DNA of 64,000 nucleotides, from IMG/VR virus record IMGVR_UViG_3300006467_000431; one strand, written 5' to 3'. Position 1 is the first letter of the stretch. Each line of letters begins with the position of its first letter. Under the pieces are notes generated by a model, which had not been told where the DNA came from, made no database searches, and worked only from the letters and a program-made list of their open reading frames with translations. This document shows, piece by piece, positions 16,797 through 26,898 of this stretch. Position numbers and translations under genes: made by a program. The stretch is from an uncultured virus (IMG/VR IMGVR_UViG_3300006467_000431). Taxonomy: Duplodnaviria; Heunggongvirae; Uroviricota; Caudoviricetes.

Positions 16797-17444
16797 TCAG
16801 ATGCTCTGACAAGTCGAAGGGATGACGCCGTCCGCCTTCAGGTCGGACTCTTCGGGCCCGCGCACGACGCAGTGCTCCATGCTGCCCACGGAGTTGATCG
16901 TCTCAGCCGTCCAGGTCAGGCCGTCGCAGTTCGGAGCCGAGGCAGCGTACAGCCAGGTGGTGGCGAAGATCTGACCAGGGTCCGGCACAGCGGGATCCTC
17001 GTCGTATCCGACGACGAGAGCCCCGGACTCGTAGCCGTTGATCCGGATGATGTCTGCTGGAGCTTCGAAGTGCTCGACGCCGATGTCGACGAGGTCGACA
17101 TCGCACACGATGGCCATTCCGGAGATGAGGGCGACTCCCTGCACATCGAGGATGTAGACCTCGCTGGCCTCGATCGAAGAGATTGCCTGCAGGTAGTAGG
17201 TGCCTCCGGTGCTCGGAAGCGTCAGCGACAGGGTTGCTCCCGTTCCGAGGGGGGTGCCCTGGGAGATCACCGTGGGGCTCTGCAGGTCGGCGCAGATCGG
17301 CGCGGTCCGGGAGCTGCACTGACTGCCCAGCTCTTCGGAGCCGAGCAGGAAGGTGGGTTCCCCGGGGGTGAGGCCGCTGATATCGACCTGGATCTGACCC
17401 CCAGGTACTAGGATGCCAGAGATGGCGAGTGCGAGCGTGGTCAT
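16797..17444 (-). CDS. Hypothetical secreted or surface protein
   Basis: Hydrophobic N-terminus, acidic beta-rich body, ATGA overlap. Confidence 0.6.
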   Translation of the reverse strand: MTTLALAISGILVPGGQIQVDISGLTPGEPTFLLGSEELGSQCSSRTAPICADLQSPTVISQGTPLGTGATLSLTLPSTGGTYYLQAISSIEASEVYILDVQGVALISGMAIVCDVDLVDIGVEHFEAPADIIRINGYESGALVVGYDEDPAVPDPGQIFATTWLYAASAPNCDGLTWTAETINSVGSMEHCVVRGPEESDLKADGVIPSTCQSI

Positions 17445-17674
17445 GTCTCTTCCCCTGTTCTTGTTCGATCGACAACGTAAGATAGAATGAGAGCGAATGC
17501 GGTAAATCCAACGATCAATGGGCCTCTCTCCCAGAATCGCTGAGCTTCTGTCCAGTCGGTATGGAACCAAAGGTCCCATGTTGTGATGCCCATCAGTATT
17601 GCAATGAACGTACTCACGATGAACGCAAGGATCTTGTCCTGGATGGCTTCCTTTGGCAGATTCTTCTTGCTCAT
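17441..17674 (-). CDS. Small two-TM membrane protein
   Basis: Two hydrophobic segments; overlaps both neighbours. Confidence 0.6.
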   Translation of the reverse strand: MSKKNLPKEAIQDKILAFIVSTFIAILMGITTWDLWFHTDWTEAQRFWERGPLIVGFTAFALILSYVVDRTRTGEET

Positions 17675-18165
17675 GCTCTTTCTCCCTGGCTGACCCCGAG
17701 TAGTTCCAGCATCGCGCTACAGTGCAGGTGCTGTAGTCCGATGTTGGACTGAGTACGGACGAGATGGTGGCCGATTTCAGGCACGCTGCTGTCGTCCCAA
17801 GCTCCCCAGTGGCTGACTGTGCCGAGCTCGTTGACCCAGCGCAGCATGAGCTCGCCTCGCGTGCAGCGACGGTTGCCTGGGCTCATGTCATCGGTGCCTC
17901 CGAGGAGGCGCTCTCGGGTGTCGAACCCAAAGCTCTGCAGCTTCTTCTCCAGGGCCTGCATGTGGTGTCGGTGCTGCTGCCAGATGGAGCTCACCACCAA
18001 GTGAGCGTCTGCTTCCTGCAAGGTGAGGACGGCACGAGCAACCATCCCGTTGTCGAGCTGGGTGATCTTGTACCGCCACCCACCGAGCCGACGGAGCTCG
18101 GGATCTACCTCGGGGAAGGTGTGGTTGTTGAGCACCCCGTCGCAGTCGAGGAAGATGAGCTTCAT
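17671..18165 (-). CDS. HAD-family phosphatase (Swiss-Army-Knife RNA-repair type)
   Basis: MKLIFLDCDGVLN (DxDGV), LVVSSIW, RGE, WDD, GL motifs. Confidence 0.85.
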   Translation of the reverse strand: MKLIFLDCDGVLNNHTFPEVDPELRRLGGWRYKITQLDNGMVARAVLTLQEADAHLVVSSIWQQHRHHMQALEKKLQSFGFDTRERLLGGTDDMSPGNRRCTRGELMLRWVNELGTVSHWGAWDDSSVPEIGHHLVRTQSNIGLQHLHCSAMLELLGVSQGERA

Positions 18166-19091
18166 CGCTTCGCAGCGGCAGCGAGCTGCTTCAGCCTCTG
18201 GCGTCCCTCTTCGGTCGTGGGCTGCATGTAGTAGACGCAGTTCTTCGTGTAGATGCCGAGTTCCTTGTGTAGGGCACTTGAGCTCTCGATGCCGGTGATG
18301 ACGCACTCGATGTGTTTTCCGAGCATGATGTGGTCGCCCATTTTGAGGCGCAAGGTGCTGGCGATGTTCTTGTCGACCTCGACCATGAACCCGCGTTCTG
18401 CGACGCTGATGACCCGATGGAAGGGCACCGAGCGGCGCCGGGGACCGTCGTCAGAGTCGGTGGGCAGATGGAAGAGGCTGGGGCGCGGCTCGAGGTCGCC
18501 CTGATAGCGGCCGTGGTAGAGGTCGGCGATGGGCCCGTGGGGTGTGCTGAAGTACACCTGGCAGATGCGCTCTCCGGCGTAGACCCGGATGGGGTGGGTG
18601 ACCTCGATCTCGAGCGTCCAGCGACCGTTGAAGCCGATGTCGCCGAAGCCGGCCGTGAGGTGCACCTTGATGCCGAGGCGCCCGACCGAGCTCCGGCCCT
18701 CCACCTTGGGGATGTAGTGGTCGCTGGCCGTGCGCTCCATGGTGCAGCCGAGGTAGAGGATGCCGGGCATTAGCACCAGGCCGCGCTCGGGGATGTCCAG
18801 GTCGATGGTGGGGTTGTCAGCGCGCATGTCGAGGATGCGTCCCTCGAGGAACTCACCTTCTTGCACACAGGTGCGGTAGATCTTGTGCCCTCTCCCGAAC
18901 TGGAACTTCGCGGGAAGCTCATGGGGTCGGTCGAGCTTGTAGACCTTGAGCGTTGGACCGAGGCGCAGGTCGACGCTGTTGGGGCCGACATGCTCGGGGA
19001 CCCAGGGGTCGATCTGGATCTGCCCCTCGGCAACGGCGGCTCGGATCGCCGCACCTGTGAGGACGCCGCCCGAAGACATGGTGTTGGACAT
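18162..19091 (-). CDS. dcd: dCTP deaminase with C-terminal extension
   Basis: GPNSVDLRLG, EGRSSVGRLGI, AGFGDIGFNGRWTLEI, GERICQVYF, YHGRYQG. Confidence 0.95.
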   Translation of the reverse strand: MSNTMSSGGVLTGAAIRAAVAEGQIQIDPWVPEHVGPNSVDLRLGPTLKVYKLDRPHELPAKFQFGRGHKIYRTCVQEGEFLEGRILDMRADNPTIDLDIPERGLVLMPGILYLGCTMERTASDHYIPKVEGRSSVGRLGIKVHLTAGFGDIGFNGRWTLEIEVTHPIRVYAGERICQVYFSTPHGPIADLYHGRYQGDLEPRPSLFHLPTDSDDGPRRRSVPFHRVISVAERGFMVEVDKNIASTLRLKMGDHIMLGKHIECVITGIESSSALHKELGIYTKNCVYYMQPTTEEGRQRLKQLAAAAKR

Positions 19092-19453
19092 CAGCTCTGC
19101 CTCCTGGAGGTGTGGATGCACTCCTTGATCTGATCGAGTATCTTGGCTTCGACGGTCTGGAGCTTGCAGATGCGGCCCCTCAGTCGCTCATCGGTCGAGG
19201 CATCGGGACGCCGACGCATCCTCTGAATGCGTCCCTGCACCGCACCCAGTCGCCTCTGGAGACGAAGCAGATTGTTGGCCACCGCACCGTAGTGCTCGGA
19301 GGAGACGGCACACCGAATCTTCTCTTCGATCTGACCGAGACGTTCGATCTTCGAAGCGATTCGGGGGGTCGAAGGCAGCCTCGAGAGCCGGTCGATGCGA
19401 ACCTGGATGCGCGCCAGGTGCTCCACGTGATGCATGGTAGAAGTCGTGGACAT
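19091..19453 (-). CDS. Hypothetical basic helical protein with internal repeat
   Basis: TGATG-coupled on both sides. Confidence 0.65.
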   Translation of the reverse strand: MSTTSTMHHVEHLARIQVRIDRLSRLPSTPRIASKIERLGQIEEKIRCAVSSEHYGAVANNLLRLQRRLGAVQGRIQRMRRRPDASTDERLRGRICKLQTVEAKILDQIKECIHTSRRQS

Positions 19454-19674
19454 CAGCTCTTCCTCTTGTAGGTATGGATGGGCCGCAGGGTGTGACGACG
19501 CACGCCCTTCACACCCGACCCCATGCAGTCGGGGCTGTCCCACTCGACATCGGTGAAGCGAGTAGAACCTCCGGTAGTAGGGTCGTTCACGACGGTGCCG
19601 TCGCCAGCCTTTCGCTTCTGCAGGGTGTCACGCACGCGGGTTCCCTTCGGCAGCCAGTCGGTCTTGTAGGACAT
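19453..19674 (-). CDS. Hypothetical small SH3-like protein
   Basis: GTRVRD...GTVV...DVEWD...LRP pattern. Confidence 0.6.
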   Translation of the reverse strand: MSYKTDWLPKGTRVRDTLQKRKAGDGTVVNDPTTGGSTRFTDVEWDSPDCMGSGVKGVRRHTLRPIHTYKRKS

Positions 19675-19710
19675 CAGTTCTTCCTCTCGTAGGTGTCGGA
19701 CGGTTCTTTC

Positions 19711-20052
19711 TTACTTGGCTTTCCAGATGAACGGCACGGGCAGCTGTTCGCTCTGTAGGTCAGCAGCCAGGTCGAAGATAAACCCGTCGGCGCGGGCCAC
19801 CCAATGCGCGCCGGACTGCTTGGGGCGGTGTTCGTGGTAGAGGGGGTGAGCCTTCACCTGCTGACCCTCGATGGTCGCTGATGGACGGACACCCAGATCG
19901 ATCCAGACCCTCTTTGCTCGGACACCGACCGTCCAGAAGAACAGGACGAGGCGGTCGACGATCTCCTTGCTCGAGGACCTTGGTTGTCCTTGATCTTCCC
20001 GAAGGAAGTGGTCTGCCAGCTCTCGCGCTTCTTCATGGCTCTCGATCTTCAT
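19711..20052 (-). CDS. Hypothetical protein
   Basis: ATGA overlap; HWV...DGFIFDL motif. Confidence 0.55.
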   Translation of the reverse strand: MKIESHEEARELADHFLREDQGQPRSSSKEIVDRLVLFFWTVGVRAKRVWIDLGVRPSATIEGQQVKAHPLYHEHRPKQSGAHWVARADGFIFDLAADLQSEQLPVPFIWKAK

Positions 20053-20507
20053 CCCTTGCTCTTCTCCTGGGCCACTGCGAGTGCCCACAGCTTGATGACC
20101 TGAAGGGCTTGATCGAAGTCGTCCTCGACGAGTCGACTGACCTGCGGATGAACGTAGAAGCTCTTGCAGCGCTTGTTCGTTGGGTCGAAGAGGTAGCCGT
20201 GATCCTTGGGGGTCCACAGGAACACCGGAACGCCGGCTGCGAGCGAAGCGCCGAGCTCGCAGTGCAGACCGGCCTGGGGAGACCGCTCACCGTTGGCGAG
20301 CAGGTAGACGGCGGCATCCGCACGAGAGGCTGCGCGAAGCATCTTTGGGGCGATCTGAGCCAGAGCTTCAGGATCTCCTCGCCGCGATCCCTCCCTGGTC
20401 CAGTCGTAGTCGATGGCGTACGCAGGGCTCAAGGCCTGCAAGGCCTGTTGCACCTGACGAACCCTGTCGATCTCGCCGAGTCGAGCTCCAACATACGCGA
20501 GCAACAT
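20049..20507 (-). CDS. Nucleoside 2-deoxyribosyltransferase-like protein
   Basis: AYVGA...YDWT...ADAAVYLL...GLHCELGASLAAGVPVFL. Confidence 0.75.
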   Translation of the reverse strand: MLLAYVGARLGEIDRVRQVQQALQALSPAYAIDYDWTREGSRRGDPEALAQIAPKMLRAASRADAAVYLLANGERSPQAGLHCELGASLAAGVPVFLWTPKDHGYLFDPTNKRCKSFYVHPQVSRLVEDDFDQALQVIKLWALAVAQEKSKG

Positions 20508-21187
20508 CAGCTCTCCTCCTTCTGCATCGCGTCGTAGGTCTCGAGCTGGTTGGCGATGCACTCACGGACGTCGCGAGCCTTCATCGCTTCGAGGGTGGAT
20601 GCGAGGGCGACCTCGAGGTCTTTGCGCTCGAGGGCTCGCTGTCCACGGTCACAGAGGTTGTGGATGCGGCTGTCCTGGACGGCGATGCGTTCCTCGAGCA
20701 GCGATCGGTAGGTCTGGGGGCCGGTCGAGGCAGAGGCGACCTGCTGGACGGCCTGGTTGAGCTTGCTCCTGATCCAGATCTGGAACTGCTCGATGAGTGA
20801 CCCGGTCGAGACGCCGTGGTCGATGCTGTCTTCGTTCTGGAGGTGGATTTGCCAGGCTCTGGGACGATGGTCATTGTCGAGGAAGCGTGCCTCATCCTCG
20901 TAGAAGCTTCGATGCAGCGCGATCCGAGAGTAGAAACCCGTGGGGAGCTGGACATTGAAGCACCACAGGATGGACCCAACGGCAGCAGCAGGAGGAGGCA
21001 GCGGGTCTCCAAGGGCGGCGTGCATCGTGCCGTTGTCACTCACGATGTTGCCCTTCGTGGGCCACATCACGGGGTTGATGCCACCGCCGCCGGACTGCCC
21101 CGCCTGGCGATCGAGGGGACTCCACATGCTGAACCAGCCATTGGGCTTGGGATGGAAGGTCACGATGGGCGCATCGGTGGTGGACAT
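20507..21187 (-). CDS. Hypothetical protein, C-terminal coiled coil
   Basis: GGAG SD; TGATG coupling to the NDT-like gene. Confidence 0.6.
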   Translation of the reverse strand: MSTTDAPIVTFHPKPNGWFSMWSPLDRQAGQSGGGGINPVMWPTKGNIVSDNGTMHAALGDPLPPPAAAVGSILWCFNVQLPTGFYSRIALHRSFYEDEARFLDNDHRPRAWQIHLQNEDSIDHGVSTGSLIEQFQIWIRSKLNQAVQQVASASTGPQTYRSLLEERIAVQDSRIHNLCDRGQRALERKDLEVALASTLEAMKARDVRECIANQLETYDAMQKEES

Positions 21188-21227
21188 CAGGACTCCAGGT
21201 CGGAAGAAGGATGGCAGTGTGAATCCG

Positions 21228-22154
21228 TCAGAACCGCTGCCGCATCGTGTCGATGGAGTCATCCGAGGTGTCGCAGAGGATGAAGCGTCGGTAGAGGTTA
21301 CTGGCCGCTTCACCAGTAGCCCCAGAGCCCCCAAACACGTCGAGGACCGTCTCGCCCTCCTCGCTGCTGTTCGCAATGAGCTGCTCGATGACACTCACGG
21401 GTTTCTGAGTAGGGTACGCGTCGTCATCGAGAACGGGAGCAGCGTACAGGATGTCCCTGAGACTGTTACTGTTGAGCTTCCGCCCTCTTCCTGTCGGATG
21501 GAGACGAGGCCAATTCTGCTTTGTGCTGCGCTTCTCCAAGAAGAGGATTCGTTCGCAGGAATTTCGCCAGTGCCAGCCAAGTCCCGTGCGGGTCATCCCT
21601 GACATCAGTTCGCCAACGTCCAGTGCCTGAACCAGGTCACGGACGACATTCATTCGAAGGAGAGAGTGCCGAGTGAGCCGAGTTGGATGAAAGATGCTTT
21701 TCAGTGCTCTGCGCAACATGTCCCAGAGTGAGTTTGCACGTTTGGTGGTCTTCACCCAGATGAGGCTCTTCCACACCCAGAACCCGACCTCCCGGGCAAT
21801 GGGCTTCAGCACGTCGGCGGTTGTTTCGTCGCAGAAGATGTAGATGTGGGTTCCGGGCTTCATCACCCGGTACAGCTCGGTGAGGAGCTCGGGGTAGCGC
21901 TCGTTGGGGAAGACGTCGAACCACTTGTTGGAGCTGCTCTTCGACTTCTTCAGCCGCGTGGTGGTTCCCCTGGCCCTGTGCTTCTCCAGGCTCTCGTAGG
22001 CCGGGTCGAAGATGCACAGATCGATCGAGCCATCGGGCAGCTTCTTGAGCATCTCGACGGCGTCGATCTTGAACACCAGGTCGTGGTTCGCCCAGTCCGA
22101 CGGCTTCAGGGGGGCCATCTGCGGAACCAGGTCGTGATCGAAGAAGAGGGGCAT
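21228..22154 (-). CDS. Beta-class N6A/N4C DNA methyltransferase
   Basis: SIDLCIFDPAY (motif IV) precedes YPTQKP and VLDVFGGSGATG (motif I). Confidence 0.9.
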   Translation of the reverse strand: MPLFFDHDLVPQMAPLKPSDWANHDLVFKIDAVEMLKKLPDGSIDLCIFDPAYESLEKHRARGTTTRLKKSKSSSNKWFDVFPNERYPELLTELYRVMKPGTHIYIFCDETTADVLKPIAREVGFWVWKSLIWVKTTKRANSLWDMLRRALKSIFHPTRLTRHSLLRMNVVRDLVQALDVGELMSGMTRTGLGWHWRNSCERILFLEKRSTKQNWPRLHPTGRGRKLNSNSLRDILYAAPVLDDDAYPTQKPVSVIEQLIANSSEEGETVLDVFGGSGATGEAASNLYRRFILCDTSDDSIDTMRQRF

Positions 22155-22173
22155 CGTGTCTCCAGTTGTCTCG

Positions 22174-22202
22174 AGCCTATGTCCTGACACGGTGGGTGTC
22201 AA
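22174..22202 (-). promoter_or_regulatory. Promoter with palindromic operator variant
   Basis: TTGACA-CCCACCGTGTCAGGACA(17)-TAGGCT. Confidence 0.8.
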
Positions 22203-22209
22203 TGAAATA

Positions 22210-22238
22210 TTGCCACGCTCCGTAGCATGAGGTATGGT
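22210..22238 (+). promoter_or_regulatory. Divergent promoter (degenerate operator)
   Basis: TTGCCA-CGCTCCGTAGCATGAGG(17)-TATGGT. Confidence 0.7.
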
Positions 22239-22254
22239 CCTTCCTGGAGGAAGG

Positions 22255-23601
22255 ATGCCTGTGCTCACCATCCGAGGAAAGACGAAGAACCTGCAAGACC
22301 ATGAGGTCTACGAGGGGCTCCGTATGCTCTGGCAAGCGCTTCGTGCTGGAGATTTGAAGGCGCGCCTCGACACGGATGTTGTGACGGTCCCGAACCAGAT
22401 CACTGTTCCTGTCCTTCTCAAGCACATCGAGCGTCACGAGGAGACGCTCTCGAAGCGTGGCATTGAGCTCGCGCCTCCGGTGTACGCGCCGGGCAGCGCA
22501 GTGCTCTCGGTCGGAGATCATGCCTTCAAGGTGCAGCGTCGGAAGTGGGAGGACAGTCCTGAGATCTCGGGACAGCTCCAGGCATTGTGGCGTCTGATTC
22601 GCCGAGAAGAGCGTCGACATGTGGATGTTCCTCTCTGTGCCATCCACATGGGGGGCGATGGGGCTATCGACTGGGGAGAGGGGTTGTTCTACCCCGAGAT
22701 GCCAGCGCTGAAGCAGCTCTTGAAGCTCACTGGACGCTTCGGTGCGGCAACCTCCTACGTGGCCGATACGGAGCCGGATCTCCGCGCCAGGAACTGGAAC
22801 GGCAACGTCCATGGGAAGGTGAGTGTTCACCGAGAGGTTCGCCTTCGCCTTCGCCGCAATCCGTTGACGGGTCGCTTCTCGGTGTTTGCGGCGGTGACCC
22901 CGAAGTACGGAGTGCTCGACATCGACCATCTGGCGACGGCTCTGGCCGAGTCGATGCCGACGACGGGGATGCGGGGCACGGTGTTCTACGACTCGGAGCT
23001 GACGAACCTGCGCATCGAGGGGCACTGGGAACAGGAGTACGTGGTCGACCGTCCGTCCCAGGACATCTTCCGGTGTGGGGTGCAGATTCGCAGCAACGAC
23101 ACCGGCAATGGGGGCATCTGGGTGCTTCCGATTGCGATGCGGGTGCTGACGAGCGCCCAGATCTTGCTCCGTCGGGCCAGCGCGCCGAGCGAGGCGCTCT
23201 ACCATGCTATCCACCAGGGGGACATGGGCCGCGTGGCGCAGGGCATCACCAACGGCCTCTCTGGAGCATCCGATGCCTTTGCCGACTTCGAGGGCCTCTG
23301 GGGTTCGCTGCGGGCCCATGGTCGTCCCTACGGCTTGGGACCCAGTGCGACCGACGAGCAGGCCTTCGAGTACATCTACCAGGTGTTCTTGCGGAATCTG
23401 CCCACGGGTCTGTCGAAGGACGAGATCTTGTCCATGCTCATCCTCTCCCACCGCATCGAGTCGGTGGGGACGGCGGCAGACCTGGTCAACGCCGTGGGGC
23501 GTCTGCATGACTCCCCTCGGATCCATCAATACCAACGAGAGAGTCTCGAGGAGGCGACCATGAAGGTCGTCGAGTTCTTCGCAGGCAAGGAGGTCTCATG
23601 A
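22255..23601 (+). CDS. DUF932-like domain protein
   Basis: FAAVTPKYGVLD...GVQIRSNDTGNGGIWVLPIAMRVL pattern recalled for DUF932; GGAGG SD. Confidence 0.55.
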   Translation: MPVLTIRGKTKNLQDHEVYEGLRMLWQALRAGDLKARLDTDVVTVPNQITVPVLLKHIERHEETLSKRGIELAPPVYAPGSAVLSVGDHAFKVQRRKWEDSPEISGQLQALWRLIRREERRHVDVPLCAIHMGGDGAIDWGEGLFYPEMPALKQLLKLTGRFGAATSYVADTEPDLRARNWNGNVHGKVSVHREVRLRLRRNPLTGRFSVFAAVTPKYGVLDIDHLATALAESMPTTGMRGTVFYDSELTNLRIEGHWEQEYVVDRPSQDIFRCGVQIRSNDTGNGGIWVLPIAMRVLTSAQILLRRASAPSEALYHAIHQGDMGRVAQGITNGLSGASDAFADFEGLWGSLRAHGRPYGLGPSATDEQAFEYIYQVFLRNLPTGLSKDEILSMLILSHRIESVGTAADLVNAVGRLHDSPRIHQYQRESLEEATMKVVEFFAGKEVS

Positions 23602-26474
23602 AGGTGCGCATCGCTGTGGGCATGTGGAAGGACCAGCAGACCGGCGAGTGGAAGAGCTACGCCGAGGGCTGGGAGCAGACGGAGAACTCGGGAGACCCGA
23701 GGAAGTCCGCTGAGGAGACCATCGTCGGCAACAGCCTGAACAGGGGTCAGCCCCTGTTCTGGCGCTTCATCGAGGCCGAGGTGCCCGTTCCGGAGTTCGA
23801 GGAGGTCACCGTTGAGGGGACCTGTCTTCCCGAGGTGGTGGACCCGAAAGGCATCACCTACGTTCACGTCACGTGTTTCCAGTGCAAGCGGGTCTACAGC
23901 GCACCGGCTCGAGAGGAGGACGGCGACGCCGACTGCCCGCACTGTGGTGCGCTCTGACCATGGGCAAGAAGTCCGACAAGAAGCGCGAGCAAGGTGCACG
24001 CAAGAAGAAGCTTCGCAGGAGCAAGCGTCTGAAGAAGCGCGTTCCACCGAGCCAGCGAAAGTGGACAGCGAGGCGCAAGATCGGAGCCGTACTTGGCGTG
24101 GTGGCTGCCGGGATGATGGGGGGATCATGAGCCAAGTGGCGTCCGATGAGGTGGAGATCACTACCGACGGCAAGACGGTCTGGGTGAATGGCTCTGGGGT
24201 CTGCCTGGGTCGATTCGGACCACGCGGTGTCGATGTGCACCGGAGGGCCGAAGAGCAGCTCGCGGGTCTGCCTCAGTGCCTCGACTGTCGGCCTGTGCCC
24301 GACTGGGAAGCCTTCGTCGCGTCGATGAAGGAGCATCATGGTGTCGAGGTCGATTCGGTCTTCGAGCCGGAGTGGTGCCAGAGGAGGAGTGCATGAGCGA
24401 CATCGAGCCGATCAAGGCAGGTTCTCCTGTTCAGCTGACGAAGGATCTTCGCTTTGAGGGAACAGACTGGAGAATGACGCTTCCGGCAGGCTCTTGGGGT
24501 GTTGTGGTTCACGACGAGTACATCGAGCCTCCGCCCACGGACAAGACTCCGATGGTACTTCGCCACTGGTCTCGATCGGTCTGGGTTCGCTTTGAGATGG
24601 TGACACCGCTCATCCTCGAGAAGTCTGTCTTGGTGTCGCACTTGAGGGTGGTGCTGCCGCTTTCCGATAGCGGTGTGTCCGAGGAGGGCTCCGATGTTCA
24701 CTCTTCCTGAGGACGCCAACCTCACTCCCCTCACCGGCCTGCAGCCGTTCACGGCACTCGACCTTCTCACCATCGTCGAGCTCGACCGCATCCGGGAGGC
24801 GGTCATCGAGGCGGTGGGCTCCGAGCAGTTCGACCAGTGGAAGGCGCCGGGCATCATGTTCTTCGACAAGATGAAGAGAACCAAGCCCGACGCGACGCCT
24901 CTCGACTTCGTCGTCGAGGTCTACGCGACGGCTCGTCATCGGGGGGAGCTCGAGGCCTTCCTGGTCGCTGCCATGGGGCGGGAGTGGCTCCTCGAGCTGC
25001 AGAGGCCATGATGAAGACCGTGTGCTTCTACTGTGGGGACACCATCCCCGATGCTCTTCCGCACACCTGTGAGGGGTGTGGAGCTCTCCTGACGCTCCGC
25101 CTGACATCTGGCACCCCCATGAGCGATGTCGATGCTGCTGGGCGTCTCAATGGCTACCGCATGGGGCTACACATCACTGGCTCCGAGGCGCTGGAGCAGG
25201 TGGGGCAGCGACAGGGATCTTTCACGCTCCGTCTCTCGGGAGAGGCCTTCTTCACGCCGGAGGCTTCGGCATGACGGCCTGGTTCCGAACGCCGGACATC
25301 CTCGATGAGGGGGCATGGCGGGAAGCGGTGCGAGAGGTCGCCGAGCTGTGCGGGGACGAGGAGGCGCTGGGCTGGGTCGAAGAGCGGGAGCGGTTCTTCG
25401 AGCTGCTGGGTCGCGGAGGCGTGCTCGTCGGGGCTCCCGAGCCAACCTACGAGGAGCGTGCTCGAGCCTATGCTGAGCTCGACGTCTTCCTCGGTATACG
25501 AGAAGAGCTCCAAGTCGACCTCGTTCCAGATGGCGAGCTCGAGCTCTTCACAGACCACAGGTGAGGTAGACAATGACGAACAGTGAAGGGGAGAAGAAGG
25601 CAGAGGTGTTGAAGCGAGAGCAGTTTCCCGGTGGGTTCAAAGGTGTGATTGGTGCCAATGGAGAGCCCATCTCATTCGAGCGCCCAAATCCTTCTCCTGT
25701 GCCACCTCCTCACATTCATGTGCGCGGTGTTCACCTCTATCGCATCGAGCTCCCTATCTATATGGGTAGTTTCGACATCTGGGCTGACCACAAGGGTCGT
25801 GGCTTCTGGGTGGTCGATCTGAAGACCCACATGGATATCAGCGGGCCGATTCATGCGGACTGGAGATCGATCGACCAAGTGCTGGCCGCACTGGCAGCGG
25901 TGATCTCGACACGGGATCAGATCTTGAAGTCGCTCAAGGGCGAATATCCGATGGTGCCCGGGAAGGAGTGTTGCGCTCCAGAGGTGCGGTGTTTTGAGCA
26001 TCCTCTGACAGGTGAGTATGCCTGGATCCGTACTCGAGAAAGCTAGTGTCAAACGACTGAACATTGACTGCAAGGAGAAGCTCCATGTCCACCCGCTACG
26101 ACCTCTGGATGATGTATGGGTTCCCCATCACGGCCATGACCCTCAAGATCCCGACCTCTCCCGGTGAGACGGCCCCCACTCTGCGGGAGTGGTTCGATGA
26201 GACCAAGAAGAAGATCATCACGAAAGATGGTGATTCGGTGTGTCTCGAATACTTCGGATGGATGAACGGCTCTCGTGCAGTGCCGTTCATTGGAGTGGAC
26301 GTGGCGTCCGAGAACAACATTGGTGAAGCGGAAGTGCCTGGCACATCTCTCGGAAAGGAGCCGGGGTCGTGGCTCAAGCCGCCGACACGACAGATCCCCA
26401 TCATCGAGATGTATCGCAAAAGGCTTGGGTGCACCGAGAATGTAGGTTTCTACTTGATGTTGCGGGCCGGATGA
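23598..26474 (+). other. Run of about nine small, mostly coupled hypothetical genes (e.g. 23598-23957, 24127-24396, 24393-24710, 24694-25011, 25008-25274, 25271-25564, 25573-26046, 26085-26474)
   Basis: ATGA overlaps and SD motifs; several CxxC zinc-ribbon motifs. Confidence 0.65.
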
Positions 26475-26834
26475 CCGGCTTCAGTGCCAGATGGTCTGAT
26501 CCGTCGCCGCCTCGGCCTGCGGCGGATGGCTCCATCCTCGGTGGTCTTCTTCGGCACGGGGATTGAAGGCCTCGGGCCCCCCGCCGCCCCCCTCTTCGTG
26601 CTCGCACGGATATCCGACGAAGATCTGCAAGACCATGCCGTTGCAGGTCTGTCCGATCTCCATGGAGAGCAAGCCGTGCTTGAACAGGCTGGAGCCGATC
26701 GGCGTGATGATGGCGCCGCAAGCAGCTCCAGTGATGGACTTGGCTCCGAGCTTGAGCAGCTTCCTGGTTCGACGAAACATGGTTTTCTCCTGTGCTGGAC
26801 CAGTATACGCACGAGGACGCAAGAGGCAAGTTTA

Positions 26835-26863
26835 TTGACACGGAGCGTGTCGCACCTTAGACT
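26835..26863 (+). promoter_or_regulatory. Promoter with GACACG-N3-CGTGTC palindrome
   Basis: TTGACA-CGGAGCGTGTCGCACCT(17)-TAGACT. Confidence 0.85.
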
Positions 26864-26898
26864 CATCCCGTTCACGTCCTCTGCCAGGAGCATCCCCG

